Assembly: GCF_006345805.1 (NCBI RefSeq)
Contig: NC_043002.1
Location: 58,962,001 to 59,026,000, forward strand
Source: Octopus sinensis
Lineage: Eukaryota
Length of the DNA: 64,000 nucleotides
Direction of reading: 5' to 3'
Shown here: piece after piece, positions 1-10,934 of the stretch
How the letters are laid out: each line of letters opens with the position of its first letter
Position numbering within the stretch: position 1 is the stretch's first letter
Notes under the pieces: generated by a model
Seen by the model: only the letters and a program-made list of their open reading frames with translations
Databases searched by the model: none
What the model was told of the DNA's origin: nothing
Translations under genes and position numbers: made by a program

Positions 1-33
1 TCTCACAATATATTCAGCAACAGTACTTTGGCA

Positions 34-245
34 TAAAGATTGTTTGCTAACATAACATGGCAGTCCCGATTTAGGATACTGTTTTGAGCTGAGTGGGGTT
101 GCTGGATTTTTCACATTATCTCCAGCTGGCTATACGACACAAATCGTGTCGTATAGCCAGCTGGAGATGATGTCTTCTGAGGCTAAATTACAGCAACATT
201 CGTTCTAAACCGGGACTGCCATGTTATGTTGGCAAATAATCTTTA
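34..245. mobile_element. Foldback/MITE-like palindromic element in SSRP1 intron 2
   Basis: About 42-bp terminal inverted repeats (AAAGATTGTTTGCTAACATAACATGGCAGTCCCG.. / ..CGGGACTGCCATGTTATGTTGGCAAATAATCTTT), TA at both ends (34-35, 244-245), and a perfect 22-bp central stem (119-140/146-167) with a 5-nt loop. Confidence 0.8.
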
Positions 246-414
246 CTTCACTCTTGTTCATTCATAACATTTACTTCTATTCCAATCTATCATCTCTCAT
301 TCCTACATTTAATCTCCCACCGCTTACATTTAATAAAATACATAGCATACATTGAAATCATAATATACAATTTAATAAACTGTAAAACAGCTTAATAACA
401 CATTACAACTCATA

Positions 415-834
415 GGTGATAGCAGCGTTGATCCAAGACATTCTTCTACACCTCCAGCACATTGTTTCTCATGGGAGCAAATGTGACTGATAAGACCAAT
501 ATGAGATACACAGATCCTGTGGCACTGATGGTGAGACTGAACAACAGCCTCAAGGAGTAGATGGTGATATCTCCTCCTCTCTTCATGCAGTCACTAGTGT
601 CTGGTTTGGAAGCTCTCTACTCCAGCAGCATACAGATTTCCAAGCCTTCTGATTAACAGCCAGGGCCACAAACTGATTGGGGGTGACAGTACAGAAAATG
701 AGAAACTGCTCAAGATGATCATGGAAATGAAGCTTTGGATGTCCACAAGGCCTACCTCAAGTCTTGATCTCACTGAAGAAAACTGTCTTTGGGAGTTGGT
801 TGCTCAACATCCGAGCCACATGACCAACCCACAC
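415..834 (-). mobile_element. Decayed 3' end of an RTE-clade LINE with a terminal C2H2 finger
   Basis: Minus-strand translation WVGHVARMLSNQLPKTVFFSEI..GRPCGHPKLHFHD matches the RTE RT C-terminal motif (WxGHVxRM..RLPK..GRP). Further 3', CHRICVSHIGLISHICSH is a C2H2 finger. Stops and frameshifts are present. Confidence 0.75.
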
Positions 835-906
835 CTGATACAAACTAACATAAACAATAGTTAAATAATAATAATAATTATGATAATAAAAATAACATAA
901 ACTTAC

Positions 907-1092
907 TGATTCTCGTATTCCATCGTAGCGGTGTATTATTCCACTTTGAAGTATAATCTTGAGGCAATTGCCACAGGCACGTTTCAGCCAACAGACAGAT
1001 TCAATATCACTGCTTGAATATTGATCGACTTTACCAGTCTTTAAGTTCTTGAACACCACATTTTCTCTTTGAAGTTTTAATTTGCCAGGATT
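907..1092 (-). CDS. SSRP1: SSRP1 (FACT complex subunit) coding exon 2
   Basis: 186 nt, phase 0-0. Acceptor ttgtttAG at 1094-1093, donor GTAAGT at 906-901. Encodes NPGKLKLQRENVVFKNLKTGKVDQYSSSDIESVCWLKRACGNCLKIILQSGIIHRYDGIRES, which aligns with the SSRP1/Pob3 N-terminal PH domain (human NDGRLRLSRQGIIFKNSKTGKVD..YDGFRES). Confidence 0.95.
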
Positions 1093-1263
1093 CTAAACAA
1101 CAAAACATGAGATTGCATTAACCCTTTTAGTCCAGAGGTGGGGAAACATTTTAGTGTGGTGGACAAAAATTTCCAATGAAAAGGTCTGTGAGCAGACCAC
1201 AAGTTCTGACTTTTATATCTGTGTAAATCTTGTATATATCTATGTATAATTTGATATTTTCTT

Positions 1264-1549
1264 CCGACCAGTCCATCAGATGTAGTTACACATCGCTGGT
1301 CACAATGCGTTCGCATTGTTTTAGCCTTCAGATGACGCCACCCCGCTGGCTAAGCGAGCAGGCCAACAGAGGAAAGAGTGTGAGAAAGAGTGGGTGAAAG
1401 AGTACAGCAGGGATCACCACCCCCTGCCGGAGCCTCGTGGAGCTTTTAGGTGTTTTCACTCAATAAACACACACAATGCCCGGGAATCGAAACCGCGATC
1501 CTACGACCGCGAGTCCGTTGCCTTAACCACTGGGCCATTGCGCCTCCAC
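1264..1549 (-). mobile_element. tRNA-derived SINE (head A + tail X)
   Basis: Head GTGGAGGCGCAATGGCCCAGTGG with A-box and B-box (GGTTTCGATTCC). Closely similar to the copy at 28861-29171. Confidence 0.85.
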
Positions 1550-1917
1550 TATTTGACATACATTAATAAAAGATATGTTTAACACATTAAATTAATGCAT
1601 AACATCTCCATTAACACTGCCACTGAATTTAGGATGTTTATATTACTTATGAGGTATACTATATTTTTCAGCTAGAGTTGGGTCTCAAGGGGGTGGTACA
1701 AACCTAGCAATATGTGTTTTATAGTGAAAACAAAATTTCCATTCAAATGGCAATTACTGGACGATTTCTGTTCGAGTCTAAACATTTTAAGTTGTAGTGG
1801 AAAAGCAACCTATGTCTCAAAAATAGGTATATGAATATTGTATAAATTTTACAATTGAAAGGTTTCTTATATTTTGTACATACGAGTATATCGGCCTGCG
1901 GATGCAACAAAATGTGC

Positions 1918-2013
1918 TTACAGAATCATTTGGGGGACATAACTTTCACAAGCCAGGAAGAGGTCGAAACTGACATTTCAAAGTTCTTTGCTTTGAAACC
2001 AAAAGAGTTTTAC
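1918..2013 (+). mobile_element. Mariner transposase C-terminal fragment
   Basis: LQNHLGDITFTSQEEVETDISKFFALKPKEFY matches the mariner C-terminal motif LQNxLxGxxFxSxEEVK..FF..KPxEFY. Confidence 0.7.
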
Positions 2014-2192
2014 ATTTGATCATTTGTTTTCTTTATTCAAAATTCGGACAGAACTAATTGGATGACCTGATAGAAAACACTTCCCATGGTGCCATGCAGT
2101 GGGACTGAACCTGGAACCATGTGGCTAGGAAGCCAGCTTCTTCCCACAGAGCAAATACCTAGTAACTCGAAGGCACATCCTGACACATTTTC

Positions 2193-2600
2193 ACCATCAT
2201 CTCCCCTCTCTTTTTCCGAAAGGGGTAGCCACGTGTTCGTCTACAACTAGACATCTGTTCTTGTTTCCCTATCATACTTTAACTTCTCATCAGCTGATAT
2301 AAGCCACCCCCTTTGCCTTGCAAATTATTTGGTGACCTCACTGGTATCAGTGCCACGTAAAAAGCACCTAGTACACCGAGTGGTTAGCATTAAGAAGGGG
2401 CACCCAGCCAAAAGCAGAAGACACCGACATTTTGTGCAATCCACTGATTTGCCAGCTCTTGTCAAACCATCCAACTCATGCCAGCATGGAAAATGGGTAT
2501 TAAATGACGGTGATGATGATGACAGGCATCTTTCATCTTTTGTTTTTAATCAAACAAATCGACCCCAGTACATTTATTCTTCAAAACCTGGCACTTATTT
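2193..2600 (+). repeat. Composite segment duplicated at 37423-37880
   Basis: A unique 5' piece, an RTE 3'UTR end, a (GAT)n tail and a downstream SINE fragment are colinear and highly similar to 37423-37880. Confidence 0.9.
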
Positions 2601-2659
2601 CTTTCTTTTTTGCTAAACCACTAAGTTCTGGGATGTAAACAAACCAACACCAACTGTCA

Positions 2660-3003
2660 AATAGTACGTGGCTTTTTAAACCAAACAATGTTTTGAAAAG
2701 ACACCCACATAGATTGCACATCCAATTTGGATCACCAACAGCTGTAAATAAGTACTGATCCTTGTGGATCTTAAGATGTCTGTTGAGGCCTCCATTAGAT
2801 TTGCAGACCTTATGGCATACATTGCATTGAAAGGTGTGCACAGACATATAGGCAGAATAATTGGTGGAGGTTCGTTTTTCATAGGTCCGCAAATGAGATT
2901 CGAGACCAGCAAAAGAAAGGCATGCTCTGTCACAAACTGTGCACACAAAAAGGTCATTGTGATTCACTTTCTCGATCATAACATTCTTCTTTAAAAATCT
3001 CAA
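2660..3003 (-). mobile_element. Triple C2H2 zinc-finger fragment, probably the C-terminus of an RTE LINE ORF
   Basis: CTVCDRACLSFAGLESHLRTY, CNVCHKVCKSNGGLNRHLKIH, CNLCGCLFKTLFGLKSH. No TGEKP linkers. Intronic and truncated. Same architecture as the RT-linked fingers at 27995-28665. Confidence 0.65.
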
Positions 3004-3051
3004 GTCTTACATGCATTACCTTGGCCTCTGTAAGCGCTTTCACTCCACACT

Positions 3052-3084
<33 letters not shown>

Positions 3085-3419
3085 GGACACACACATATAT
3101 ATTTTAGTGGGGATGGAGATCCAGGATTTTGTTTTGGGTGTTGCCCAAAACTTTAGAAAAAAAAAATACTAAAAAAGGTGGGAATCGCAATGTGTAACAA
3201 ATGGATTCATTTTTACGTATGCTTTGTTGTAGAAGACCATTTACGTATAACAATTTTATTATATTTGCAACGGCTCAACTAGAAAGGGAACACCCCTGCA
3301 TCTGCCACTGTATGTATATATACACACACACACACATTCAATGGGTTTCCATGCAGTTTCTGTCTACCAAATTCACTCACAAGGCATTAGTTGGTCCGGG
3401 GCTATAGTAGCAGATACTT

Positions 3420-3612
3420 GTAGCCGGTGGCACGTAAAAAGCACCCACTACACTCTCAGAGTGGTTGGCGTTAGGAAGGAAATCCAGCTGTAGAAACTCT
3501 GCCAAATCAAGACTGGAGCCTGGTGCAGCCATCTGGTTCGCCAGCCCTCAGTCAAAATCGTCCAACCCATGCTAGCATGGAAAGCGGACATTAAACGATG
3601 ATGATGATGGTG
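3420..3612 (+). mobile_element. 5'-truncated RTE LINE 3'UTR with (GAT)n tail
   Basis: GCCGGTGGCACGTAAAAAGCACCCACTAC..GGCGTTAGGAAGG..GGAAAGCGGACATTAAACGATGATGAT is the same terminal module that follows RT-coding sequence at 15938-16915, 46631-47720 and 60544-61614. About 15 more short copies occur (e.g. 23040-23350, 27060-27412, 29700-29890, 49200-49560, 53900-54440, 55850-56070). Confidence 0.8.
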
Positions 3613-4767
3613 CTGCACTACAAATACATAAAAGAATGGACAGGAACCCTTTCGTCATAATACTGTCTTTAAATATTCCAACGTCACTAAGAAAACAGTA
3701 TAGAAAATTCGATGGATTTCGAAATAGCAGTCAAGCATAAACTGAAATTTCTTGGGGGAAATTTTTGTTGTTTTATAATTCCTTACATGTTAAATAACAC
3801 GCAATTCGCATAAAAACATTTTTGCAAAACATCCATGTTTTTGAAACATAACTCTCCATGCCATCGGAATGTGTCATGATTAAATGACAAAAGAAGAAAC
3901 GGAAAAAAATATGGATGGTGGAAGAGGGGTATTCTGAAGGCTCAATGAGGGGTTGGTGAGAGCACAGATTTTTGAAAAAAAATTCTCTTGAATGCGAATT
4001 ACATGGGTTTTAGAATGAGGGATATCAACAATCCTTCGGTATTGATACATGATGTCATTACCCCACACAGCCTTTCATCATGATATAAAGGTTAGGTTGA
4101 AAAAGTGGGTGAATAACATTTCCTCATGCAGACACAGTGGACTACTATCGAAGGATCGTCGGGATATTATAAAATGACGGAAAATACAGTAACAAAAAAC
4201 AAAACAAGAAATTCCACAGCTAGTCTGCATAGGATTGTTTGTTTACCAGATCATTCACAGACATAATACTAAAAGCCGAAATACAGCATAAACCTAATAG
4301 TATGGTGTGTGAATTCTCAAGCCACATGTACTTCTGTTTGAAGTGATTGACAAACAACAAGCAATAATGGAGTTATTCGGGATGGAGGATTAACAATGGG
4401 ATTTGTCGATTATATAATTCCAATCTCTTCTTGGATATATTGCTCGATTTGTACTTTTATTTTATCAACCCAAGAATGGTAAAAGACAATGTTGATCTCA
4501 GCGAAATTCGAACTCAGATTGTAAAGGGAAGTAACTACATTATCGCATGGCATTTTCCTCAAGCAATCTACCGACCCTGCTAATTCGTTTGCGTATAATT
4601 AATAAATCTTCCTTCTAGTAAGAAATAAAACCGTAACTCTATAGAAGGGAGTGGAGGATGAGACTGAGACAATCGTATTTCTATTAATTAACAATTTTAA
4701 CTATTTCAAGAGAACGAAATAGGCAAAATTGATTTAGCTTTCACAAAATAAAAGCCGGAGCGAGCGC

Positions 4768-4775
4768 TTTCGCGC
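4768..4775 (+). promoter_or_regulatory. Canonical E2F-type site in SSRP1 intron 1
   Basis: TTTCGCGC lies in a local CpG-rich patch (GCCGGAGCGAGCGCTTTCGCGCGCG) about 0.7 kb inside the gene. Motif match only. Confidence 0.4.
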
Positions 4776-5244
4776 GCGTATTCTTTCTTTGATACATTCA
4801 TATCTATGGATCCACCAATATTTGTGGTTTAGTGGGGTCAAGAAAAGGACATTTTAAGGATTATTTCGGCCGATCTCAGATTTATTATTAGAAGAGGCAA
4901 CGGAAATAAGGATAGCTGATATTGTAAATAAACTAGTGACAACCAAGTATCGAAACTGGGTCGTGAAGGTGGCGAACTGGAGACATTTTTTTTTAATTAA
5001 TTGTGCGAGGCTCAGTCAGACATGCTTACACATTTATATGTATATATCTATCTCACTCTCCTCGCACACTTATATTTATAGATACATACACGCGCACATA
5101 CACACACACATACATATAAAACGCATATATATATATACATATATGTGTGTGTATATATATATGCACACACATGCATCTAAATTTTATACATCCGCGTTAT
5201 ATACGTTAGACCATCTCTAGCATACATTTCTCTCTCCCTCTCTG

Positions 5245-5282
<38 letters not shown>

Positions 5283-5439
5283 ACTTAAGTCTTCTTTAAT
5301 TGGCACTCCTCTCTATATACACGCACATCATAATCTTTAGGCCTTGTTTTTCTAAAGCATTAACAAAACTGAGAGAACGATTCTCCGTTATCGAAATGAC
5401 GAACAATAAACAAAAGGAAATAAACAAAGTGGAACTTAC

Positions 5440-5493
5440 CAAAGCTCCCCGAACTTCTTGTACAACATCGTTATATTCGATTGTATCGCTCAT
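5440..5493 (-). CDS. SSRP1: SSRP1 coding exon 1 (start codon)
   Basis: ATG at 5493-5491. Encodes MSDTIEYNDVVQEVRGAL (compare human MAETLEFNDVYQEVKGSM). 54 nt, phase 0, donor GTAAGT at 5439-5434. Joins in frame to exon 907-1092 across a 4347-bp intron. Confidence 0.95.
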
Positions 5494-5507
5494 GTTGTAC
5501 AATGAAG

Positions 5508-5651
5508 GACTGAACGTCTACAACGGTCGCTAAGAGGATCGTTTAGAGAGAATTTTTTTTTCCTTCGTCCAGTCGGTCTTAAATCATTCACACACACACC
5601 GCATCCGCCAACAGGAACCGGAAGTTAGGAGAAACATGAAATGGCGGGAAA
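5508..5651. promoter_or_regulatory. SSRP1 core/proximal promoter, possibly bidirectional
   Basis: Inr-like TCAGTC on minus (5513-5508), Inr-like TCATTC on plus (5584-5589), ETS ACCGGAAGT (5617-5625), YY1 AAATGGCGG (5639-5647) and E2F GGCGGGAAA (5643-5651), all within 160 bp of the SSRP1 ATG. Confidence 0.6.
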
Positions 5652-7111
5652 TAACGCTACTCTTTCGTTGTTGTCTTTCATTGTAAACTCATCACATGGT
5701 TGAATCATAAATACTGTGGTCTACAGCCTGTAACTGATGTGTACCTTACGGGATCTTATTAGATTTCTTCCAGCCTCTAAATATATTTAAAATATTCACC
5801 AGATTATTGCCAAATAATGTAGTTTTGCATGCTGATGACGAAAATCGCATTAAATTTTTTTTTCTAGATATCAATAATAAAGTTACATCTGTGTACAAAA
5901 ATTTAAATAAAAACCTAATGACCATATGAAATACTTTAAGTGGTTGGGAGATATTTAAGGTGATCCCTGCTTGTATTATTGTTATTGCCGTTTCTGCATG
6001 GTTTTTCTCTTTATCTGACCCTTTATTATTTTATTTATTTTTATTGGGTTGTTTTTTTTTTTGCATTTTTGAAATATTTTTTTTTTTTTTGGTTTCAAAC
6101 CCTAATTTTGCTTTGATGCCGTCATAAGATTTTCTCATTTATATCGACTTCCCTACCTTTTCTCTTATTTGTTTATTAGCGGAGGTAAAGATCATGGACC
6201 GCTCCCGCTTTGGGACTTTTTTTTTTCACAGGAACACACTATATCGATGGCGGAGATTCCTAATATGCAAAAAAAAAAAAAAATTTCAAAATTTTGATTC
6301 TGCACCATCAATTTCTTAAATTTTTACCTTTTTAAAAAAATTTTTGGGTGCGAAACAAGTAGAAAAATACGGAGATTATGATTCTGAAAAAAAAAAGTTG
6401 CAATTTTTCAAAAAAATAAACACATCCGCCTATGACAAGAAGTGTTTTCCCTACTAATGTTTCGGACCCAATGTTTCACGCATGCATAGAATTATAAGGT
6501 CAAACTAAAGAGATTGACCCGAGCAAAAAAAAAAAAAAAATGTAATAGGTGGAAAACAACTTGCTCTGAACGAATATAAAAAAAAATGCGCACTCGTAGA
6601 CGGGGTGGGGTGTGGGAGAGGACTCGGAAAATTCACATCGTCAGACCTTGACCCTTAAACTCCAGTGTTTGACCCGAGCAAAAAAAAAAAATAGTGTAAT
6701 AGGTGTACAACAACGTGTAGTAAACGAAAATTTAAAAAATGCGCGCTGGCGAACATGGGGTGTATATGCATACACACACATGTCTGTGCGATTTGCATGC
6801 AATGTACATATATAGAGAGTGGGCTAGAAATAATTATATATATATATACATATACATATATATATATACATACATATACATACATACATACACACACATA
6901 TATATAGATATGTATGCATGGATAGATGGGCGGATGTGTATATATATATATATATATAAAAATTTAAACAATAAGGGTAAGAAATTAAATATTAATTTCA
7001 TTAATATCAATTGAAACCAGTGGCCTAGCATATAGAAAAAATTTGAAGATTTTTGAGTATCTTTTCTTAGTGGTCAGATCATTGGGGCCTTGCCTATTGG
7101 ATGTTCACTTA

Positions 7112-7329
<218 letters not shown>

Positions 7330-7416
7330 AAGGGTGAAAAGGAACACACGAGTTGATATATATGAAAAAACAAGTAAAAAATAGAAAATGCTAAAATAAT
7401 TTTATAGTGAACATTT

Positions 7417-7454
7417 CAGTACCGGTTTCGGTCATTTTGAGACCTTTTCAACTG
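7417..7454 (-). ncRNA. Inverted copy of the same hammerhead ribozyme
   Basis: Exact reverse complement of 9427-9464. Confidence 0.8.
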
Positions 7455-8167
7455 TAACGATTAAATAATTAAATTTAGAAAAATTAGAAGAAAAGTTTTT
7501 TTAAAAGAATATTTCTATAGTAGTGTTCAGATTTAAGTGGCATTCTGCCTTTCTCTGACTCCCTTGTTTGCACTTGTGTGTTCGAGGTAGTTGTGAGTTC
7601 TTGGTAGGGTAGTAGAGGGAAGGCTGGTGAGGAAAGGGGGGTGGGAGAATCTGGGAGTGCCCTGATGGTCGTATTTTGAATGGTCAGTGGCGGCTGGCAG
7701 TCTCAGTTCAATTCAGGAGAATATTTATATTGACAGGCTTGTTTATAGAATTAGCGTAGGTGTTATACTAAAAAACATTAGTGACAAACTTAAGGGGTAG
7801 GGGGTGGAGAAGAAGAAGAAGAAGAAGAAGGAGAAGGAGAAGGAGAAGGAGAAGAAGATGACGGTGATGGTGGTGATGATTATGACGACGATGATGATGA
7901 TAACGATGATGATGAAGAAGAAGAAGAAGAAGAAGGAGGAGAAGGAGAAGATGGTGGTGATGATGGTGGCGATGATGATGATGCCGATGATGATGATAAC
8001 GATGATGATGAAGAAGAAGAGGAGGAAGAAGAAGAAGAAAAAAACAGAGAAGGGAGAATATGAATGGGTGTAAATATAGCTATGAAGGGGCTGATTAGTA
8101 ATGGATTCTATGGAGTGTAGTATTTGTGTGTGTATATATATTGTGTGTGTATAAAAAAGACCACAGA

Positions 8168-8695
8168 ATGAACACAATCCTCCAAACACACACGATCATA
8201 AAAAGCAAAAGACAGCCTAGATCCATGAAAAGTCTCCTTACACAAGCCCGAATTCACTCTTCAACACAGAAGCCGACAGTAAAAAAATGTGGAAGACCCA
8301 ATTGCGGGATATGCGACTATCTAATCGAGGGTTCTGAGTTCTCCTTCAAACAGGGACAACGTTTTACAGTGAAAAGCAACTTCACATGTGCTTCGGAGAA
8401 CCTAATATACTCACTAACCTGCTCCGGGTGTCAAGAGCAGTACATAGGCCAAACAAAAAATGGTTTGCGTAAACGAATGGCCCTGCACAGATCCTAGATA
8501 AAAATCCCCCAAAACAGAAAAATAGCTTTTAGCCAACACATAGATACTTGCGCCAACAAAAAAACACCAAACTTCAGAATTTTCCCCCTCTACCAATTTA
8601 GGGACGATACAACCTCGAGACAACGAATAAGTAAAGAAAATCTCTTTATTACAAAATACAAGCCACTTCTTAACGGGTCTACGACAAACAATTAA
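8168..8695 (+). pseudogene. Penelope GIY-YIG endonuclease domain (one in-frame stop)
   Basis: CGRPNCGIC..FTCASENLIYSLTCSGCQEQYIGQTKNGLRKRMALHRS*IKIPQNRKIAFSQHIDTC..KENLFITKYKPLLN has the GIY/YIG motifs with the Cys/His zinc-binding insert typical of Penelope elements. TAG at 8495-8497; the frame continues to TAA 8693-8695. Confidence 0.9.
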
Positions 8696-9426
8696 TATAC
8701 CTCAACTTTAGAATAAAAGAAAAAAATATATATACACACACAAATACTACACTCCATAGAATCCATTACTAATCAGCCCCTTCATAGCTATATTTACACC
8801 CATTCATATTCTCCCTTCTCTGTTTTTTCTTCTTCTTCTTCTTCCTCTTCTTCTTCATCATCATCGTTATCATCATCATCGGCATCATCATCATCGCCAC
8901 CATCATCGCCACCATCTTCTCCTTCTCCTCCTTCTTCTTCTTCTTCTTCTTCTTCTTCTTCATCATCATCGTTATCATCATCATCGTCGTCATAATCATC
9001 ACCACCATCACCATCATCGTCATCTTCTCCTTCTCCTTCTCCTTCTCCTTCTTCTTCTTCTTCTTCTTCTTCTCCACCCCCTACCCCTTAAGTTTGTCAC
9101 TAATGTTTTTTAGTATAACACCTACGCTAATTCTATAAACAAGCCTGTCAATATAAATATTCTCCTGAATTGAACTGAGACTGCCAGCCGCCACTGACCA
9201 TTCAAAATACGACCATCAGGGCACTCCCAGATTCTCCCACCCCCCTTTCCTCACCAGCCTTCCCTCTACTACCCTACCAAGAACTCACAACTACCTCGAA
9301 CACACAAGTGCAAACAAGGGAGTCAGAGAAAGGCAGAATGCCACTTAAATCTGAACACTACTATAGAAATATTCTTTTAAAAAAACTTTTCTTCTAATTT
9401 TTCTAAATTTAATTATTTAATCGTTA

Positions 9427-9464
9427 CAGTTGAAAAGGTCTCAAAATGACCGAAACCGGTACTG
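9427..9464 (+). ncRNA. Minimal type I hammerhead ribozyme (U3-A8 core variant) in the Penelope pLTR
   Basis: CAG-TTGAAAA-GGTC-tcaaaat-GACC-GAA-ACCGGT-A-CTG: stem I CAG/CTG, core UUGAAAA, stem II GGUC/GACC, GAA, palindromic stem III ACCGGU, predicted cleavage after GUA (9461). Confidence 0.8.
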
Positions 9465-9512
9465 AAATGTTCACTATAAAATTATTTTACCATTTTCTAT
9501 TTTTACTTGTTT

Positions 9513-9550
<38 letters not shown>

Positions 9551-10934
9551 TATATGCGAAGTTAGATCAGTAGCCCTATGTGACATAGGAAAATTTATAC
9601 AGGGAATACTATTGATTTTAAAAATAGATATAGGGGACACAAGAGTTCATACATGCGTATTTGTGCTCATTTTTGTGCGTGTGTGTGTAGGGAAATCTTG
9701 ACATCTGTAGATTATAAAGGGACCCTATGGGGAAAATGATTGCTTAATAAGGAATTTAGTCACAATAAGGTTTTGGCTTAAAGGAAAAATTTTAAACTTA
9801 TTAGTAATGTCAGATGGATTAAGACAACCAAACCCTTCAGAAAGTTATTTGTTTAATATCTTACGAGATTTAACTTTATGAAAGTAAAAGGAAATTATTA
9901 TAAAGACGTTTATTAATTTTTTTTAATGTAGGGGTTCCCCTAGAATATTGGATGTATTTCAAGGATTATCCAAAAGCAAAACGTTTGAGAAATGTCTATG
10001 TGCCGTCCCAAGGCCCAGTTTTTATCTATGTATGGTGTGGCTTGCTGCCAATAAAGAAACACTTAAAGGTGCTGGTGCATTGATTTAGCCAGGGTGGGAA
10101 GCAGTGGCGGTTGGTGTATAGGCACTGCAAAACTGCAGCTCCCCCTATTTCCACTTGATATTATCGATAACATTCAATATAATGAGTCCTTTTCCCTTTA
10201 ATTCTTTCCTTATACTTGTACATTATATAATCCTTAAGCTTTATGTCAGTAGCCATTCCCTAGTTTATGAAAAATATACAAAAATCCCTTGTATAGAATT
10301 ATGAGCTTCATAGTTTTAGCGATGCAGTGTTTGGCTGTTGTGCACATGCTCACGTGTCCGAGATAGGAAGCTACATGCTAAGGAGAGAGAGCACTATGGT
10401 TCACATAGTGCCGACCCTGCTGCGTTGGTGACAGGTAGTGTATCTTTTTAACTCCGCGTATATTGTGCTTAAAAACATGTTTATATTCTTGAACTTGACA
10501 AAGTGTAGAATTAGATCATTATCTTGAAAAATCGGGCAGCTTTTTTTTTTTTTTTTTTGCAGATTCGGAATCTCCGCCATCGATATAGTGAATTCTTGTA
10601 GAGAAAAAAATCCCAAAGTGGGTGCGGTCCATGATCTTTACCTCCGCCTTGTTTATCAATTGCTTATAATGAAAGGTCTGATTCCCACCCGTCCGACGCA
10701 AAAATTAAATTACGTCCCTTCCTGAGAGTTACCCCACTTGAGTGACTTAACTATCGACCCTTTAACGGTCAAACCGGCCATATCAGGCCAAAATATTTTA
10801 TCTATTTTATATTGAAATTGGCCTGATTTGGCCTCTCACCTCAACCCTACAATGTCATTTTAAAATTAAACAATAGCATCATTGAAATCGCTAAACTTCA
10901 AGATAATGCATGATTAATTCAAAACAATATAAAT

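Larger units (their letters stand above)
7356..9522 (+). mobile_element. 5'-truncated Penelope-like retroelement with inverted pseudo-LTRs
   Basis: Arm 7356-8141 is the near-identical reverse complement of 8726-9522. Differences seen are mainly (GAA)/(GAT) repeat length and one substitution. The spacer encodes a GIY-YIG endonuclease, and there are TA repeats on both sides. Confidence 0.9.

Noticed and set aside
757-1059. 100-aa ORF as a complete protein
   Set aside because: It is SSRP1 exon 2 reading through its donor into intron and then into an RTE fragment. Only 907-1092 is coding.
2581-3003. Independent host C2H2-ZNF gene nested in SSRP1
   Set aside because: No linkers, first and third fingers defective, and the same architecture as RT-linked fingers at 28194-28553. 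Treated as a LINE relic.
5296-5502. 68-aa ORF starting MYNMSD
   Set aside because: SSRP1 similarity stops at the GTAAGT donor (5439). The rest is intron read-through.
9928-10090. Exon-like segment with strong acceptor and two open frames
   Set aside because: Its ends resemble a decayed hAT MITE (GGGGTTCCCC..GTTTGAGAAA), there is no recognisable protein, and no convincing donor.
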